Source: Octopus bimaculoides (taxonomy: Eukaryota). Taken from it: DNA of 64,000 bases. Position numbers and translations under genes: made by a program. The notes beneath the pieces were generated by a model. That model was not told the origin of the DNA. It saw only the letters and a program-made list of their open reading frames with translations, and did no database searches. Shown in pieces: positions 26,016 through 38,644 of this stretch (positions are counted from its first letter, which is position 1; the number at the start of each line of letters is the position of its first letter). The stretch is taken from assembly GCF_001194135.2 (NCBI RefSeq), contig NC_068982.1, positions 93,526,781 through 93,590,780 of the forward strand, in the 5' to 3' direction.

Positions 26016-26339
26016 AATGATAACAATAATAATAATAATAATAGAATACTTATAATAATAATAGAATAACTTATGAGTAGTAAGAGCTCTGCAGTCTTGG
26101 TTGACAATCTTACTTGAGATGGTGTCTCAATAAAAATACCTGTTGGTGGCTAACCTTAAAACACATACCTCAAAGTTGAGTGAAAATGTCTAATACTAAA
26201 CAATGGTGTTAATGAAAGGTGAAAGGTGAAAGCCTTTCACACAGCAGGTGCCCTGTGGCAGGCCCGGTCATAATTCAGAGATTGTTTGTACACAAAGCCA
26301 GAAGCAGAGAAGATGGTGAGATAAGGAGGCAAACTGAAT

Positions 26340-26590
26340 GGTAATTGGATCAGGAGTGAATCCAGCAGAAGGGGATTCCGACAACAATAAAGAAAATTGG
26401 AATAGAGTGCTCAGTAGAACTGTTACAAAAGGTTTGTCTCCTTGGCACAGCCAGAATAATCAGGAAAATATTAGATAGTTGAAAAGAAAGAACAGCATGG
26501 TACCATAGGCTGCAGGTAGTAAGACCACTATGAATGCAAGACTCCAGGAGCTCCAACAAAACCTGTGATAAAGAGATAATAATAAAAATG
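26340..26590 (+). mobile_element. R4/Dong-like 3' end
   Basis: GIPTTIKKIGIECSVELLQKVCLLGTARIIRKILDS*, followed by a 3'UTR ending at ATAATAATAA. Confidence 0.7.
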
Positions 26591-26602
26591 ATTTCAAATT
26601 TT

Positions 26603-26800
26603 GTCACAAGGCCAACAATTTTGAGTGAAGCGGGTTAGTTGATTACATCGACCCCTGTACTCAACTGGTATTTATCGACCCTGAAAGGATGAAAGGCATA
26701 GTCAACCTCAGTGGAATTGGAACTCAGAACATAAAGATGGACAAAATGCCGCTAAGCATTTTGCCCAACATGCTAACAATTTTGCCAGCTCACTGCCTTA
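26603..26800 (-). mobile_element. Family A SINE
   Basis: Collinear with 300-489. Confidence 0.8.
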
Positions 26801-26809
26801 ATAATAATA

Positions 26810-26841
<32 letters not shown>

Positions 26842-27639
26842 TGTGCACTACAGCCTTCTGATACCATCAACAAGGCTCCAACAATCTAGTCAGAAGCAAG
26901 GAAAAACCACAGGCCAGGCCAGCAAGCCAACTTGCTTAGAGAGGAAGAAATAGTAGTTATAGAAGAGTTGACAATAGCAAACAAAATCGTTGAGTATAAG
27001 CAAAATAAAAGAACTTCAGTTAAGAGACAAATAAAGATGTATGGAATATATTTTAGTGAGTTCTGTCATTTACCTCTAAAATGTGTAGAATAGACTTCTT
27101 TTGGTGAGCTCTTCTTTTATTCACCAGTCAAATTATTTATTTTCTATCTTTTTTTGACTGGACTCAGTAGCCAACTTCTATATCACTAACTGATACTGTG
27201 GGTTCCTTTACCAGTTTAAATCACCAACCTTACAGCAAAGACACCACATCACATAAGCTACTCACATCAACTGCCTCACATTGACCACCTCATACTGACT
27301 GCCTCACAGAATCGCCTGGCACCAACTACCACATCAACTACCTCACATCAACTCCCAGCAATAGATTGTTCACATTGACACTTGACACCAACTATTGTGT
27401 GAACTGTTCCACACAAACTGCCTGGCACCAACTCACACATTGACTGCTTCATGTCGACTCCAGGCACAGGCTGCCATATCAACTATTCACATAAACCACT
27501 CGTGTCAACTGCTGGCACTCACTCTGAACCAACTGTCTAACACCAGAAAGGAGGCCGTCTCTGAAAAGCTGGGCAGAAGTAGCAAATTTATAAGTCGCCT
27601 TGGTAGTGTACTACCACCTAGCCATCATATCTTGTCCTA

Positions 27640-28945
27640 AGAAAACTCCGACCAGATTGGAGCACTTGCTTTTCCAATTCTTATGGAAGGTCAATTTCCG
27701 CTGGTCAGGAAAACCATTTGTTGTCAACACTCACACTGTGGTGGTCTTGGGATGCCATCCTTAATGATGTGGCACCACGCTTTGAAGATGTCGCACCTAC
27801 ATCTAAATTACTGCAATGATGTGGATGACGACAACAAAAATAAGGGTGAACTGGTGTGGGCGTCTTTCATCCGACACGTCTTTCTGCTGCTCATCTCATT
27901 GACAGAGCTGCAGTCATGGGTCAAACATAGACCAATGTTGGGCGTTTGGCATCTAGAATGTTGTCAGACACTCACTGCTTTGTACCAGCTACCCAAAACC
28001 ATTAGCGGGAAAACAACCAAGATTTCTGTAGGGACCTAGTTGAGGGTATGAGTGATGATGGCCTAGGATTGAATCTAGGCATCAACAAGAACAGTCTGAG
28101 TAGCCTCTTCCAGAGGACCCTCAGATCGAAGATTAAGGGCAAGTTTCAAAAGTCTTTGGCTTGGTAGTGCTACAGAGGGGCATTGCTCATTCAAGACAGG
28201 CTCTTCAGGCATGGAAGTGCCAACAGCTGAACCTGCACAAGGTGCTTGCAGGAGGATGAAACCATCTTACATGCAATAATTCAGTGTCCATGCATTAGAG
28301 AGTTGTGGGATTGTATGGAGCAGCTGTTGTCATGTGTAAGATGAATTCAGCTGTCTGCCAAGTGTATAGTGAGGATCAATGCACCATCTTCCCTTAGCAG
28401 AGATGAAAGGCAAATTTTTCTCTGCTTAGTGGCTGTGGCAAAAGAGGTTGTGAGGTGGACCTGTCTGAAATGTTTGAAGACAGGCACATTCCTATCTGGT
28501 CAAGCCCTCATCAATTTCTTCAGATATAATTTAAAGAGGAAGGTGAGGGCAGAGAGGGAGGTGCTGCCTTCGAGTGAGTTTATCTAAAAGTGGTCGACAG
28601 TGGCAAGACTGGTGAGACGGAATGGATCTACTCTGAATATGTTTTTCTAAGCAGGAGGAAAGAGACTGGAAGAGAGCACTTTCTCATGCTTTGGAGATAG
28701 CAGAGTAATCCGGGACCTTCGTGTGGGGCTTACCCCAGATTACCATAAGTGGACTTATCAATTTATTTATTATTAATTTCTCTACTTTCTATTACATATC
28801 CTCTGTTATATCCTTTAATGTGGTAGTATCTCCCCTTGATTGATATTAACCCCACATGTTTTTGTAATTTTTTTTTTTTTGTGCTATAGCTTGTCCTTTG
28901 ATATTGTCCTCCATGTCTTGGGCCCTTGTACCCAATAAAAGAAAT
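27640..28945 (+). mobile_element. Tx1/L1-clade LINE 3' portion (RT C-terminus and zf-RVT), decayed
   Basis: GQFPLVRK...GGLGMPSL and TCTRCLQEDETILHAIIQCPCIRELW (zf-RVT-like). Ends CCCAATAAAAGAAATC plus (ATT)n. Confidence 0.75.
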
Positions 28946-28962
28946 CATTATTATTATCATTG

Positions 28963-29026
<64 letters not shown>

Positions 29027-29049
29027 CATTGTTATTATTATTATTAATA

Positions 29050-29603
29050 AGTGAAAGAGCAGCGCATGCCATCAAAGTGACACTGGGCTACAAATATACA
29101 AAAGCCAATATACCTATCATGACTACCCATTTGATAAGAGAATATCAGGCACATGCATCACAATCATATGTGCACAACATGGTGATCTCATATCAAGATA
29201 AACAGCACATGACCTTGCAGGTGGGGGCCCAGATAGAATTTTCTTCATTTTGAGTTGTCCATCCCACTCAAAAGGTCTCTGAATAAGGTTTGTTTAAGGA
29301 TGACGAACAAAGCACCCCACTTTTCCACGGGTTAATTATTCAAACCTCAAAGAATTCCTCTCAACACATGACTATGGTGCTTGCCAACTACTTCTGCATG
29401 TGATCAGAGATGCACATATTGTCAACCACCAAGGGATGCTCAACTGGTTATGGTTGAGCAACTGGCAAGCAAATTTGTGGTATTGAGTCAAATATTTGCT
29501 GTAGCCCATCTTTCTATACCAAGACAAAGCAATGTACATGATAACACTTCCACTCAGTTAAGATCAAAAGCCATGACAGCCAGTGCCTGGTACTGCATCA
29601 AGG

Positions 29604-29607
<4 letters not shown>
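29050..29607 (-). mobile_element. ~555-bp non-coding interspersed element within (ATT)n, copy 2
   Basis: Long (ATT)n tracts on both sides; same end points as copy 1. Confidence 0.75.
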
Positions 29608-29666
<59 letters not shown>

Positions 29667-29949
29667 CATCATTATTATTAATCATAATCTTATTGTTAAT
29701 GCATGTTTCAAACTCTACTCAACAGCCATATGTAGAGTGTTCTGTTGCATTTTTATATTTCGTTTTTTATGTTGTATTGAAATCATTCTGTGTAATAAGC
29801 ACTGTGCCTTGAGGTGCATCTTTCTGTATATTGTACATAATGATAAGTCCTGGTATTATAATTATGTATATGTATATTTATTATAATTTCATTCATTCTA
29901 AGATGCATGTTATTGAAGAGATGGTTTCAGGTTTTTTCCTTTCTCAATA

Positions 29950-30330
29950 GGAAAGTATCTCTATTTCCAGATCCTTGTTAAATGGAATAATCTATCTTTC
30001 CATCTGTTAATATACTTCAAATATAAGACATTTCTTTTCCTTCTATCTTTGATAACAAAATCTGGTCAATTAGCTTTGATCTCACGGTCTGTCTGTGTAT
30101 GTATATCCAAGAGTATGATTGTTTTCTCATTTGCTGAAATATTTTCTGGTGTATGTCAGTACCATTTCTTTAATGTTGGTATTTCATAATGCTGGCATAA
30201 CTTGTAATGTGAGTCTTAACTCCGTCATGCCTGTGGTTATATTCTCTCTTGCCTCAACTGTTTCTTATTTCCCCATTTCCATATATACTGTAGTCTTTTA
30301 TAGCATCCTGCCTCATGATATGCTCTGTAG
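29950..30330 (-). mobile_element. R4/Dong-like RLE fragment, decayed
   Basis: EWY*HTPENISANEKTIILLDIHTQTDREIKAN*PDFVIKDRRK resembles the WY.H.P...ILWD...TDR...NRPD motif; an (AAT)n tract is adjacent at ~30485. Confidence 0.6.
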
Positions 30331-30520
30331 GTTTCTGGTGGGGTTAGGGTTAGTGTTGGGGTCTCTGCTTTGAATCTCATACTTCTCAATCTATTTCCAT
30401 TCTTTTCAGCTATTTCCAGTACTGACCATGCAGGAGCTATTCTTACCATTGTTTTATCATGGCATCCTGTAGCCCTACTTTTAGATTATTATTATTATTA
30501 TTGTTGTTGCTGTTGTTGTT

Positions 30521-30555
<35 letters not shown>

Positions 30556-30860
30556 GAGGTCACATAGCCTTGTAGTTAGGGTGTTACGCTCACAATTGTG
30601 AGATCATGATTTCAATTCCTTGACCAGGTGGTGCCTTGTCATCTTGAGCAAAACACTTCATTTCATATTGCTCTGCAATCACTCCAACACCTGATGTGTG
30701 GATACACCATGCACGTGTTCAGGCAACATCAATTTGATGGAAGGAGTGAGCTAATGTAAAGCACAAGCATTTAATCATTATAAACAGATCATTTGTGCAA
30801 GTCATTCAATAAAAGCTGAATACTCATACGTCATCTCCGACAGTAGAGTCCATCATTGTT
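30556..30860 (+). mobile_element. tRNA-derived SINE, family C
   Basis: A-box-like TAGCCTTGTAGTTAGG, B-box-like GATTTCAATTCC, CORE-like CTTGAGCAAAACACTTCATTTCA; (GTT)n tail. Confidence 0.55.
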
Positions 30861-30876
30861 GTTGTTGTTGTTGTTA

Positions 30877-31335
30877 AACGTAGCGAGCTGGCAGAATTGT
30901 CAGCATGCTAGGTAAAATGCTTAGTGGTATTTCGTCTGTCTTCATGTTCTGAGTTCGAATTTCACCAAGGTCAACTTTGCCTTTCATCCTTTCAAGGTCA
31001 ATGAAATAAGTACCAGTTATGCACTGGAATCAATGTAATCAACTACTCCCCTCCCCACAAATTTCAGGCCTTGTGCCTAGAGCAGAAAAGATCATCATTA
31101 TTATTATTATTGCTATTATTAAGGCAGTGGACTGGTGGAACTGTTAGCATGTCAGGCTAAATGCTTAGTGACATCTTGTATGTCTTTACATTTTGATTTC
31201 AAATTCTTACAAGGTCAATATTGTCTTCCGTCCCTTTGGGGTCAATAAAATAAATAGTACCAGTCTGGTACTGGAGCAAGCATAATCGACTTGTTCTCTT
31301 CAAAAACTTCTGGCCAAAATTTGAAACTATCATCA
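30877..31335 (+). mobile_element. Second head-to-tail pair of family A SINEs
   Basis: Units at ~30877-31095 and ~31119-31335, separated by (ATT)n. Confidence 0.7.
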
Positions 31336-31659
31336 CCGTCATTATCATTATCATTATTATTATTACTATTACTATTATATTTGAATTTTGTCAAGACATC
31401 TTTTCAGTTATGGATTACCTTATATGCTTTATTTTTTAAACTTTAGATGGCTTTTTCTGTTTTATTGTATTTGGAGTTAAATCAAATAAGGTGAGTGCTT
31501 GTTACATAATTTTTCTGGCTTATTAAGCAAAAAAAAAAAAAAAAAGAAATTAAAGAGAAACATTTTTGAAGTTATCTTGTGCTCTTTTGCGGTTCTAGGC
31601 TTTGCTTTCATACCTTGAATTTCCTTTCTAATTCTACAACAAATTCAGTTACTAGAAGA

Positions 31660-33560
31660 GGTCATCAACATATAGAAGTTGCCACAGACATCCCATCTTA
31701 AACTCCTCTGTCATAGCTTGAAGGACCATAATGAACAGTAGGGGACAAAAAAACTGAGCACTAGTGGACCCCTATATGCACACTGAATTTGGTGTATTAC
31801 TCATTATTAACTCTCACCTTAATGACAGCAACTCTGTACATAGCTTACATGGCTCTCACATGTCATTTGTCCACTCCTAGCTATTTTAGCATCTCCTCAG
31901 TTCACAGAGCAAGAGACCCAATGAAAGATTTTCTCTGGGTCAATGAATGCTGAATACATTAATTCACTTTTAGCTAGATACTTCTGTTACAGTTGCCTTA
32001 TTAAGAGAGCAACAGTTGTACTTCTACCTGGCACAAAACTGAACAGCATATCACTTTTGATAACTCTTTCTGTTATTAAGTGTTGTAACTTCCATGACTT
32101 TGTCTAGCTATTTGATATTTTTGGAATTAATTCTCTCTTAGGCCTTTGTAACTATGATACTGTTACACTAGTTATTAGGTATGATACCTTAGTTTACAAT
32201 GAGAGTGACTACACAGTGACTATGCCATATACTACTGGTCATGGTATTTCAAGCATCTCAGTAGTTATTCCTTAATGGACTAGGAGTTTTCTTTGCTTTT
32301 ATACCTTTAATTACTTATCTGTCATGCTACTTTCTATTCTAATAGCTACTCCCTCTGTTGGATTAATATTGGGAAAACCTTCTTTCTTCCATGCATTCTA
32401 CTCCTTTAATAATCTTTCACAGTTTCACTTCCATAAATTTTCATTTCAAAATCCCTAAGTGCATGTGTGCCAGTATCCATCCATACACACTTCTAACTCT
32501 AACTGTCTGAATACTCCACAGCTTGCAAACACGATCACCTGACCCCTCTACTTCTCTTGCTATGGAACATTGACAAATATCTTACTTTCAGCTTCTCCTC
32601 TTGTACAGGAAGCATGTTACGTAGAAACTGGCATGAAAAGACTGGAAGCATTCTTTCAGTGTTTCAAGCCTGTCTCTTTGCTTTTATGATTTCTTCTACC
32701 TCACTGTTCCACTACCATATCATCACAGATTTTCATTGCATCCCTTAGAGAGTTTTCCCATAAGGACTTCTGGTACATCTCTATCTCCTCCCTTTTATCA
32801 AATGTTTCAGCTAACATTTCTCTAAATTTTTGACAGTAGAATAAAAATCATCATCATCATCATCGTCATTTAATGTCCAATTTTCAAGTTGGCATGGGTT
32901 GGAAAAAACTATAATAAAAATTAAAGTTATTGGTGTAATGAAAATACTGATGAAACAAATATACTGATATGGACACACAGGTGCTGGAGAATGTATATAA
33001 CAGGATTTATCCAATGAAACTAGTAAAATGAATATATGAAAGATTTTTATATTTATTATTAGGGAATGTATTGTTCACTTTCTTCATAGATCTTTTCCCC
33101 CACTTTTCTGGGGCCTATTTTCTTTTCTTTTCCACTGTCCTCAGTAGTTTATCACCTGTTTTCATTTGATTTCATCTTTTCATGCAAGTCAATGAGAACG
33201 AATCTACTGAGAAGGAATTCCTTGGCATTCTGGCTGACTACTTCTTGATTGTTGGCTTTTAGGATTGAAGACAAGGAGAGCCTTTTAGCTATCCCCACAG
33301 TTGTAGCTGGTGGCATGAATACTGATACTATTGCAACAAGATACTCCAAAATCTACTTTTGTTGCTGGCTCTGCTGCTTTCTGTATCTAGGAATGTCACA
33401 GGACCTATCTGACCTCTTCTATCAGTCCACTAGCCTCTCCAATACTCCACTCCTCCCTTTCTCATCCTTGTCATTCCTCACACTCTCACCATCTTAAAGC
33501 ATATCCTTAAGGGCTAGATGTACTTCATACACTTTACCAATACTACCCACTGTGCATTTA
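31660..33560 (-). mobile_element. Ancient RTE relic (endonuclease to RT), interrupted
   Basis: Degenerate LGVDK*HVRAM*AMYRVAVIKVRVNNE...SVHIGVH, compared with the younger RTE copies in this window. Confidence 0.45.
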
Positions 33561-35563
33561 GTATTAACATCCATTTTTCATCTTTCTATCCATCATTCTA
33601 TCTCTTTCTAGCCATCATTCTTTCACCCCTATTTTCTTTGGTGCTGATACCATGATAAAGTAACTCAGTACACTCTGTTAAATCCAGGGGGTTGATCTTG
33701 TTGAAAACATAACAACTTCCCTAGTGTTGGTGCCCTCCCACCAAATTAAAGAAAAGTGCACCCAGTATATTCTGTAAAATAGTTGATGTTTAGAAGGACA
33801 TCCAGCCAAGGAAAATCACATCAAAATGAAACTTGTGAGTGTGATATCACCCCTCAGCCCATTTAGAAAAGCAGGAATGGTCTGTCCAACCCTTTCAGAA
33901 TAGAAAGAGAGCATAAAAGGACAGTGATGATGATGATGATGATGATGGTGTGTATGTGTGTATGTATGTGTACTTCTTCCCACAGGTCTAAGAGACCAAA
34001 AAAAAGGTCCTAGGTAAGTGCTGTGCTTCCTGCTTTAAGTCATTAATCATCATCATCATTGTCATTTTGTATTCTCTCTTCCATATTGACATGGGTTGCA
34101 TAGGTTTTCAAAGACAGTGGTTACAATTGGATGCCCTTCCTGTCACCAACTCTTTTAGCTGCTTCTCACAACATACAGGAATATTGAGTACTTATACTAA
34201 AACTAGGATACATACAGTATCATTATAAAGAATATTCTGTTTTACACTGATGATGATGATGGGTGGCAGAGACCTAACATAAGTGGTTGGCGTAACACCC
34301 TCTCCTACTTGTAGAGTGTCTTTAGGAGGCATTCAGACCAGATCTTTGATTTGGAAATAACATAGTATCTCAATGTACTGCTTCCAACAGCATTCTATCC
34401 TTCATAGAGCCACTGCAAGCCAAAGAGTATAGGTGAAAAAGGTTTCATAACAAAGACTAGACTCACTGTCAGATGAGACAGGATTTCAACCCTGTAGATA
34501 ACTCTTTGCAAAGCTACTCTGTCATTTAGCACATCATTCTGTATTTTCTTCCCTACCAATTAATGAAAAGTGTCCCAGCTAACTTAAGCTTATGAAAGAG
34601 TCACACCAAGCCACTCACTTCTAGCTGGTTGCTTACAGAGATCAAGGTGGTGGTTTATTACAATTCATAAGTCATGATTTCCTCCCCTTTCTCATGAAAA
34701 ACTTTTTCTTGTTTTGCATTGTTTCTGACAGAGAAACTTCATTTTCAGTCATCCCAAACAACTGTAAGCATGACTAAGTGGGAACTACTGTGTGTTCATG
34801 GAAATCCTATCCATTTTAAATATAGCAAAGACACAATGGATAATATAGCTGTTGCTGTATAAAAAGACAGGATGGTTATGGCCTAAACACCTGTGATCAT
34901 AGGTCTGATGAATCACACTTGTCTTGTAAGTAAAGTATTACAACTAGCTGTAAATAGGTACTTTGGTGAGGTATGGTTTGCAATTGTAAATTGCGTAAGT
35001 AGATTAGTATTTCTGTAGTTTAGAGTATCAAGCATAATACTTCTAGTAGATGTAGAGAAGATAACAACAGTAATTCATTCTGTCATATATTTTCTAGATT
35101 CTATGTGATGGCAAACTCCTTTGTAATACTCTGTTATACTAATGGCTCACTAACTGTTGAAGTATTAAAAAAGACAAAGAAATATCAATGTCATTATATA
35201 TATATAAGTTTATATTTGGTATAATTAAAACCACTTCTTTACTTCAGCTTTCTATTTCTTTAAAGGCACCCAATTAGTATGAAAGGATATTGAAGTCAAC
35301 ATAATTTGGATGATGCTGGATTAAACTTAAAGTTTGGAGAAATGTTTTTAGTGATATGTCTATAGAAAGTAGCATCATGATGTGTATAAGAGAGAGAAAA
35401 GACAAAAACAATCTAGTAGTGTTAAAAAAACACTATCTTGCAGTGAATTAGTTTTCTCTAGTTGAAATTTTCAATGATAACAGAAACTTAAAAACCACAT
35501 TTTGATAAGAAAATATATCAAAATTAGAATCTTTAAGAATTATCAAGACAGTGTAGACTTTAA

Positions 35564-35764
35564 CCCTTTAACATTCAGATTACTCTGTCAAATGTAATAC
35601 TTATTCATATACATTGTTTTGAATTAATCATGCATTATTCCATATGACTGTTTTATTCTTTGAATGACATTTGAAGGTAGGTGGCAGAGCCTGGATCTGG
35701 TTAGTTTGTACATACAACAGGGAGAATATTTTGGCCAGATGTGGCCAGTTTAAATGCTAAAGGG
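35564..35764 (+). mobile_element. piggyBac-type MITE
   Basis: TTAA at 35560-63 and 35765-68; termini CCCTTTAACATT / AATGCTAAAGGG. Confidence 0.8.
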
Positions 35765-35852
35765 TTAATAATTGCTCACTTATAGAAAAAGTTACATGCA
35801 ACTAATTAATAAGCAGCTTTCTCTCATAAATTCTTTCTTTTTATATTTTAGG

Positions 35853-36067
35853 ATGATGATGGAAATACGAAACAAAATTGATTACACTTACTCAATAGTT
35901 GGCTTTTTCACTTTATTGACTCTTCTTGAACATGGTTATTCTCACAAAACTCCAAATAACGATGGAAAAAGGCTGAGCAAAGATCGACCAGAAATATTTT
36001 ATGACACTCGTATGATTCCAGAACGAGTTGTAAAAAATATATATATTTACAAAAGTACAAAGAATTT
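35853..36067 (+). CDS. NDNF: NDNF/Nord-family protein, coding exon 1 (signal peptide and N-terminus)
   Basis: Pyrimidine tract and AG at 35850-35851, ATG at 35853. Translates MMMEIRNKIDYTYSIVGFFTLLTLLEHGYS-HKTPNND...IFYDTRMIPE...YIYKSTKN, resembling the vertebrate NDNF N-terminus (signal peptide, QKLPTRD...FFHDSSVIPD...YLFRDTPKR, from memory). Donor TT|GTGAGT at 36068, phase 2. Confidence 0.85.
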
Positions 36068-36546
36068 GTGAGTACTGCAATATCAAGTCTATTACCTAAA
36101 TTTGTTTAACACATAATTTATTTATGATTCACTTCGTGTGTGTGTGTGTGTATAAAATAAAAGAATAGATGGTCAAGTAACTGGTGTCTGGTCAGGTTAT
36201 GACATTTATATATTTATATATTTATAAAACTTACATAGAATAAAGAATGCTTTAAAGAATTTATATTACAAGAAATTGATTCAGGAATGTTCATAATGGT
36301 TGTAGTATATGCTGGTATATCCCCAGAGTAAGTATCAGGTATGTCCATAGCATTATATTACATAATGAGTAAAGATAGGTCATCATTGATAAAATCCAAA
36401 CTGAAAGAGAAGGAAGAAGTTGTACAGATTGTTCCTTACAGCTGTTTCAAAAATGGATACACTGTTGTTGCTATTCCCTACAAGCAGTCCACAACTAGCA
36501 TTTTAGCAACAAGCTATCCCATCTTCATTGATGAAGCACAGGTGTA

Positions 36547-36932
36547 CCTGTGTTGTTGAAGTGCTTGCTTCACAACCATGTAGTCTAAGGTACAGTCCCA
36601 CTTTGTAGCACCTTGAGTAAGAAATTTCTACTGTAATACCAGGCTAACCAAAGCCTTGTGATTTCATTTAGTTGACGGAATCTGAAAGAAGCCAACCATG
36701 TGTGTGTTTGTATACCCTTGTCTTGACATCACATGATAGCTATAAATGAGCATCACAGTCATAAAAGCAATGTTGTTTGTTTCCAGTCTTCTGCAAAAAG
36801 AATATCTGACCATGGGAAATATTACCTTACTTGGAAATAGGTGAGAGTTAAGAGTAAAGGAAGGGTATCTGGCCATAGAAACTCCACTTGGTCTATGCAA
36901 GCATGGAAAACTGGATGTTAAATGATGATGAT
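36547..36932 (+). mobile_element. Family B SINE with RTE-type tail (NDNF intron)
   Basis: Collinear with 19527-19975. Confidence 0.7.
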
Positions 36933-37011
36933 GGACATGTCATCAGTGATGTTTCCTAGTGATTTGTTTTGAACAAGGGTAATAAATTTGCAGAAATATA
37001 CTATATTAATT

Positions 37012-38140
37012 GGTAGATACAGGTGCAATAAAGACTGCAAACAAACAGGAAACAACTTCTATCTCATTCCAGGGTGAAAAACTAGAGGTAGTCGATAGCT
37101 TCCGCTATCTGGGCGACCAAGTTAGTAGTGGGGGTGGGTGCGCTGAAAGTGTAGCTGCTAGAATAAGAATAGCCTGGGCAAAGTTTAGAGAGCTCTTACC
37201 CCTGCTGGCGACAAAGGGACTCTCACTCAGAGTAAAAGGCAGACTGTATGACGCATGCGTACGAACAACCATGCTACATGGCAGTGAAACATGGGCTGTA
37301 ACTGCTGAGGACATACGTAAGCTCGCAAGGAATGAAGCCAGTATGCTCCGTTGGATGTGTAATGTCAATGTGAATACCCGTCAGAGTGTAANNNNNNNNN
37401 NNNNNNNNNNNNNNNNNNNNNNNNNNNNNNNNNNNNNNNNNNNNNNNNNNNNNNNNNNNNNNNNNNNNNNNNNNNNNNNNNNNNNNNNNNNNNNNNNNNN
37501 NNNNNNNNNNNNNNNNNNNNNNNNNNNNNNNNNNNNNNNNNNNNNNNNNNNNNNNNNNNNNNNNNNNNNNNNNNNNNNNNNNNNNNNNNNNNNNNNNNNN
37601 NNNNNNNNNNNNNNNNNNNNNNNNNNNNNNNNNNNNNNNNNNNNNNNNNNNNNNNNNNNNNNNNNNNNNNNNNNNNNNNNNNNNNNNNNNNNNNNNNNNN
37701 NNNNNNNNNNNNNNNNNNNNNNNNNNNNNNNNNNNNNNNNNNNNNNNNNNNNNNNNNNNNNNNNNNNNNNNNNNNNNNNNNNNNNNNNNNNNNNNNNNNN
37801 NNNNNNNNNNNNNNNNNNNNNNNNNNNNNNNNNNNNNNNNNNNNNNNNNNGTAGGATTTTCGAGCGAGATCGTTGCCAGTGCCCCTGGACTGGCTTGTGC
37901 GGGTGGCACATAAAAGACACCATTTCGAGCGTGGCCGTTTTCGTGCGGGTGACACGTAAAAGCACCCACTACATTCTCTGAGTGGTTGGCGTTAGGAAGG
38001 GCATCCAGCTGTAGAAACTCTGCCAAATCAGACTGGAGCCTGGTGTTGCCATCCGGTTTCACCAGTCCTCAGTCAAATCGTCCAACCCATGCTAGCATGG
38101 AAAGCGGACGTTAAACGATGATGATGATAATGATGATGAT
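37012..38140 (+). mobile_element. 5'-truncated RTE LINE spanning an N gap (NDNF intron)
   Basis: FQGEKLEVVDSFRYLGD...RIRIAWAKFRELLPLL...MLHGSETWA; the 3'UTR and (GAT)n tail follow the gap. Confidence 0.9.
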
Positions 38141-38347
38141 ACATGTTGTATCCTATTGAAATGGACTTGATCTTTCAGCATTCTGTGGTCAGTTGTTAAG
38201 AGAAATTTATTTCAGTAAGGATGACAAATTCTCAGTAGTTCTCAGAAATAGTAAGGTACTGTACTAAATGTCTGATATTATTTAGATTTATGCTTTTACA
38301 TTTTGACCTTATATCAAACTAGATATGACTTAGCTTTTCATCTAGGG

Positions 38348-38603
38348 CAGTAACTCTCAAACATTTTTTACCTATGGACCCCTTTCATTCCTATTTTACT
38401 CTACTGGACCTTCATACCCATTCAATATTTTCAAAAGTCATATATTTATATAATTAAATATCATTAGGAATTGTATTAAAAAATTGTTAAAAATTTTATG
38501 TATTATAGAAATATAGCCAATTTATTGCACATAAATTTTAACAGCAAAATTTTATATGGACCCCACCCCCAAGGGTCATGTGGACTGCAGTTGAGAACCA
38601 CTA
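38348..38603. mobile_element. hAT (Charlie-type) MITE
   Basis: Perfect 8-bp TSD ATCTAGGG (38340-47 and 38604-11); TIRs CAGTAACTCTCAAAC / GTTGAGAACCACTA. Confidence 0.85.
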
Positions 38604-38644
38604 ATCTAGGGTTCATAAAACAAGCACCAGAAATACATTTGTGA

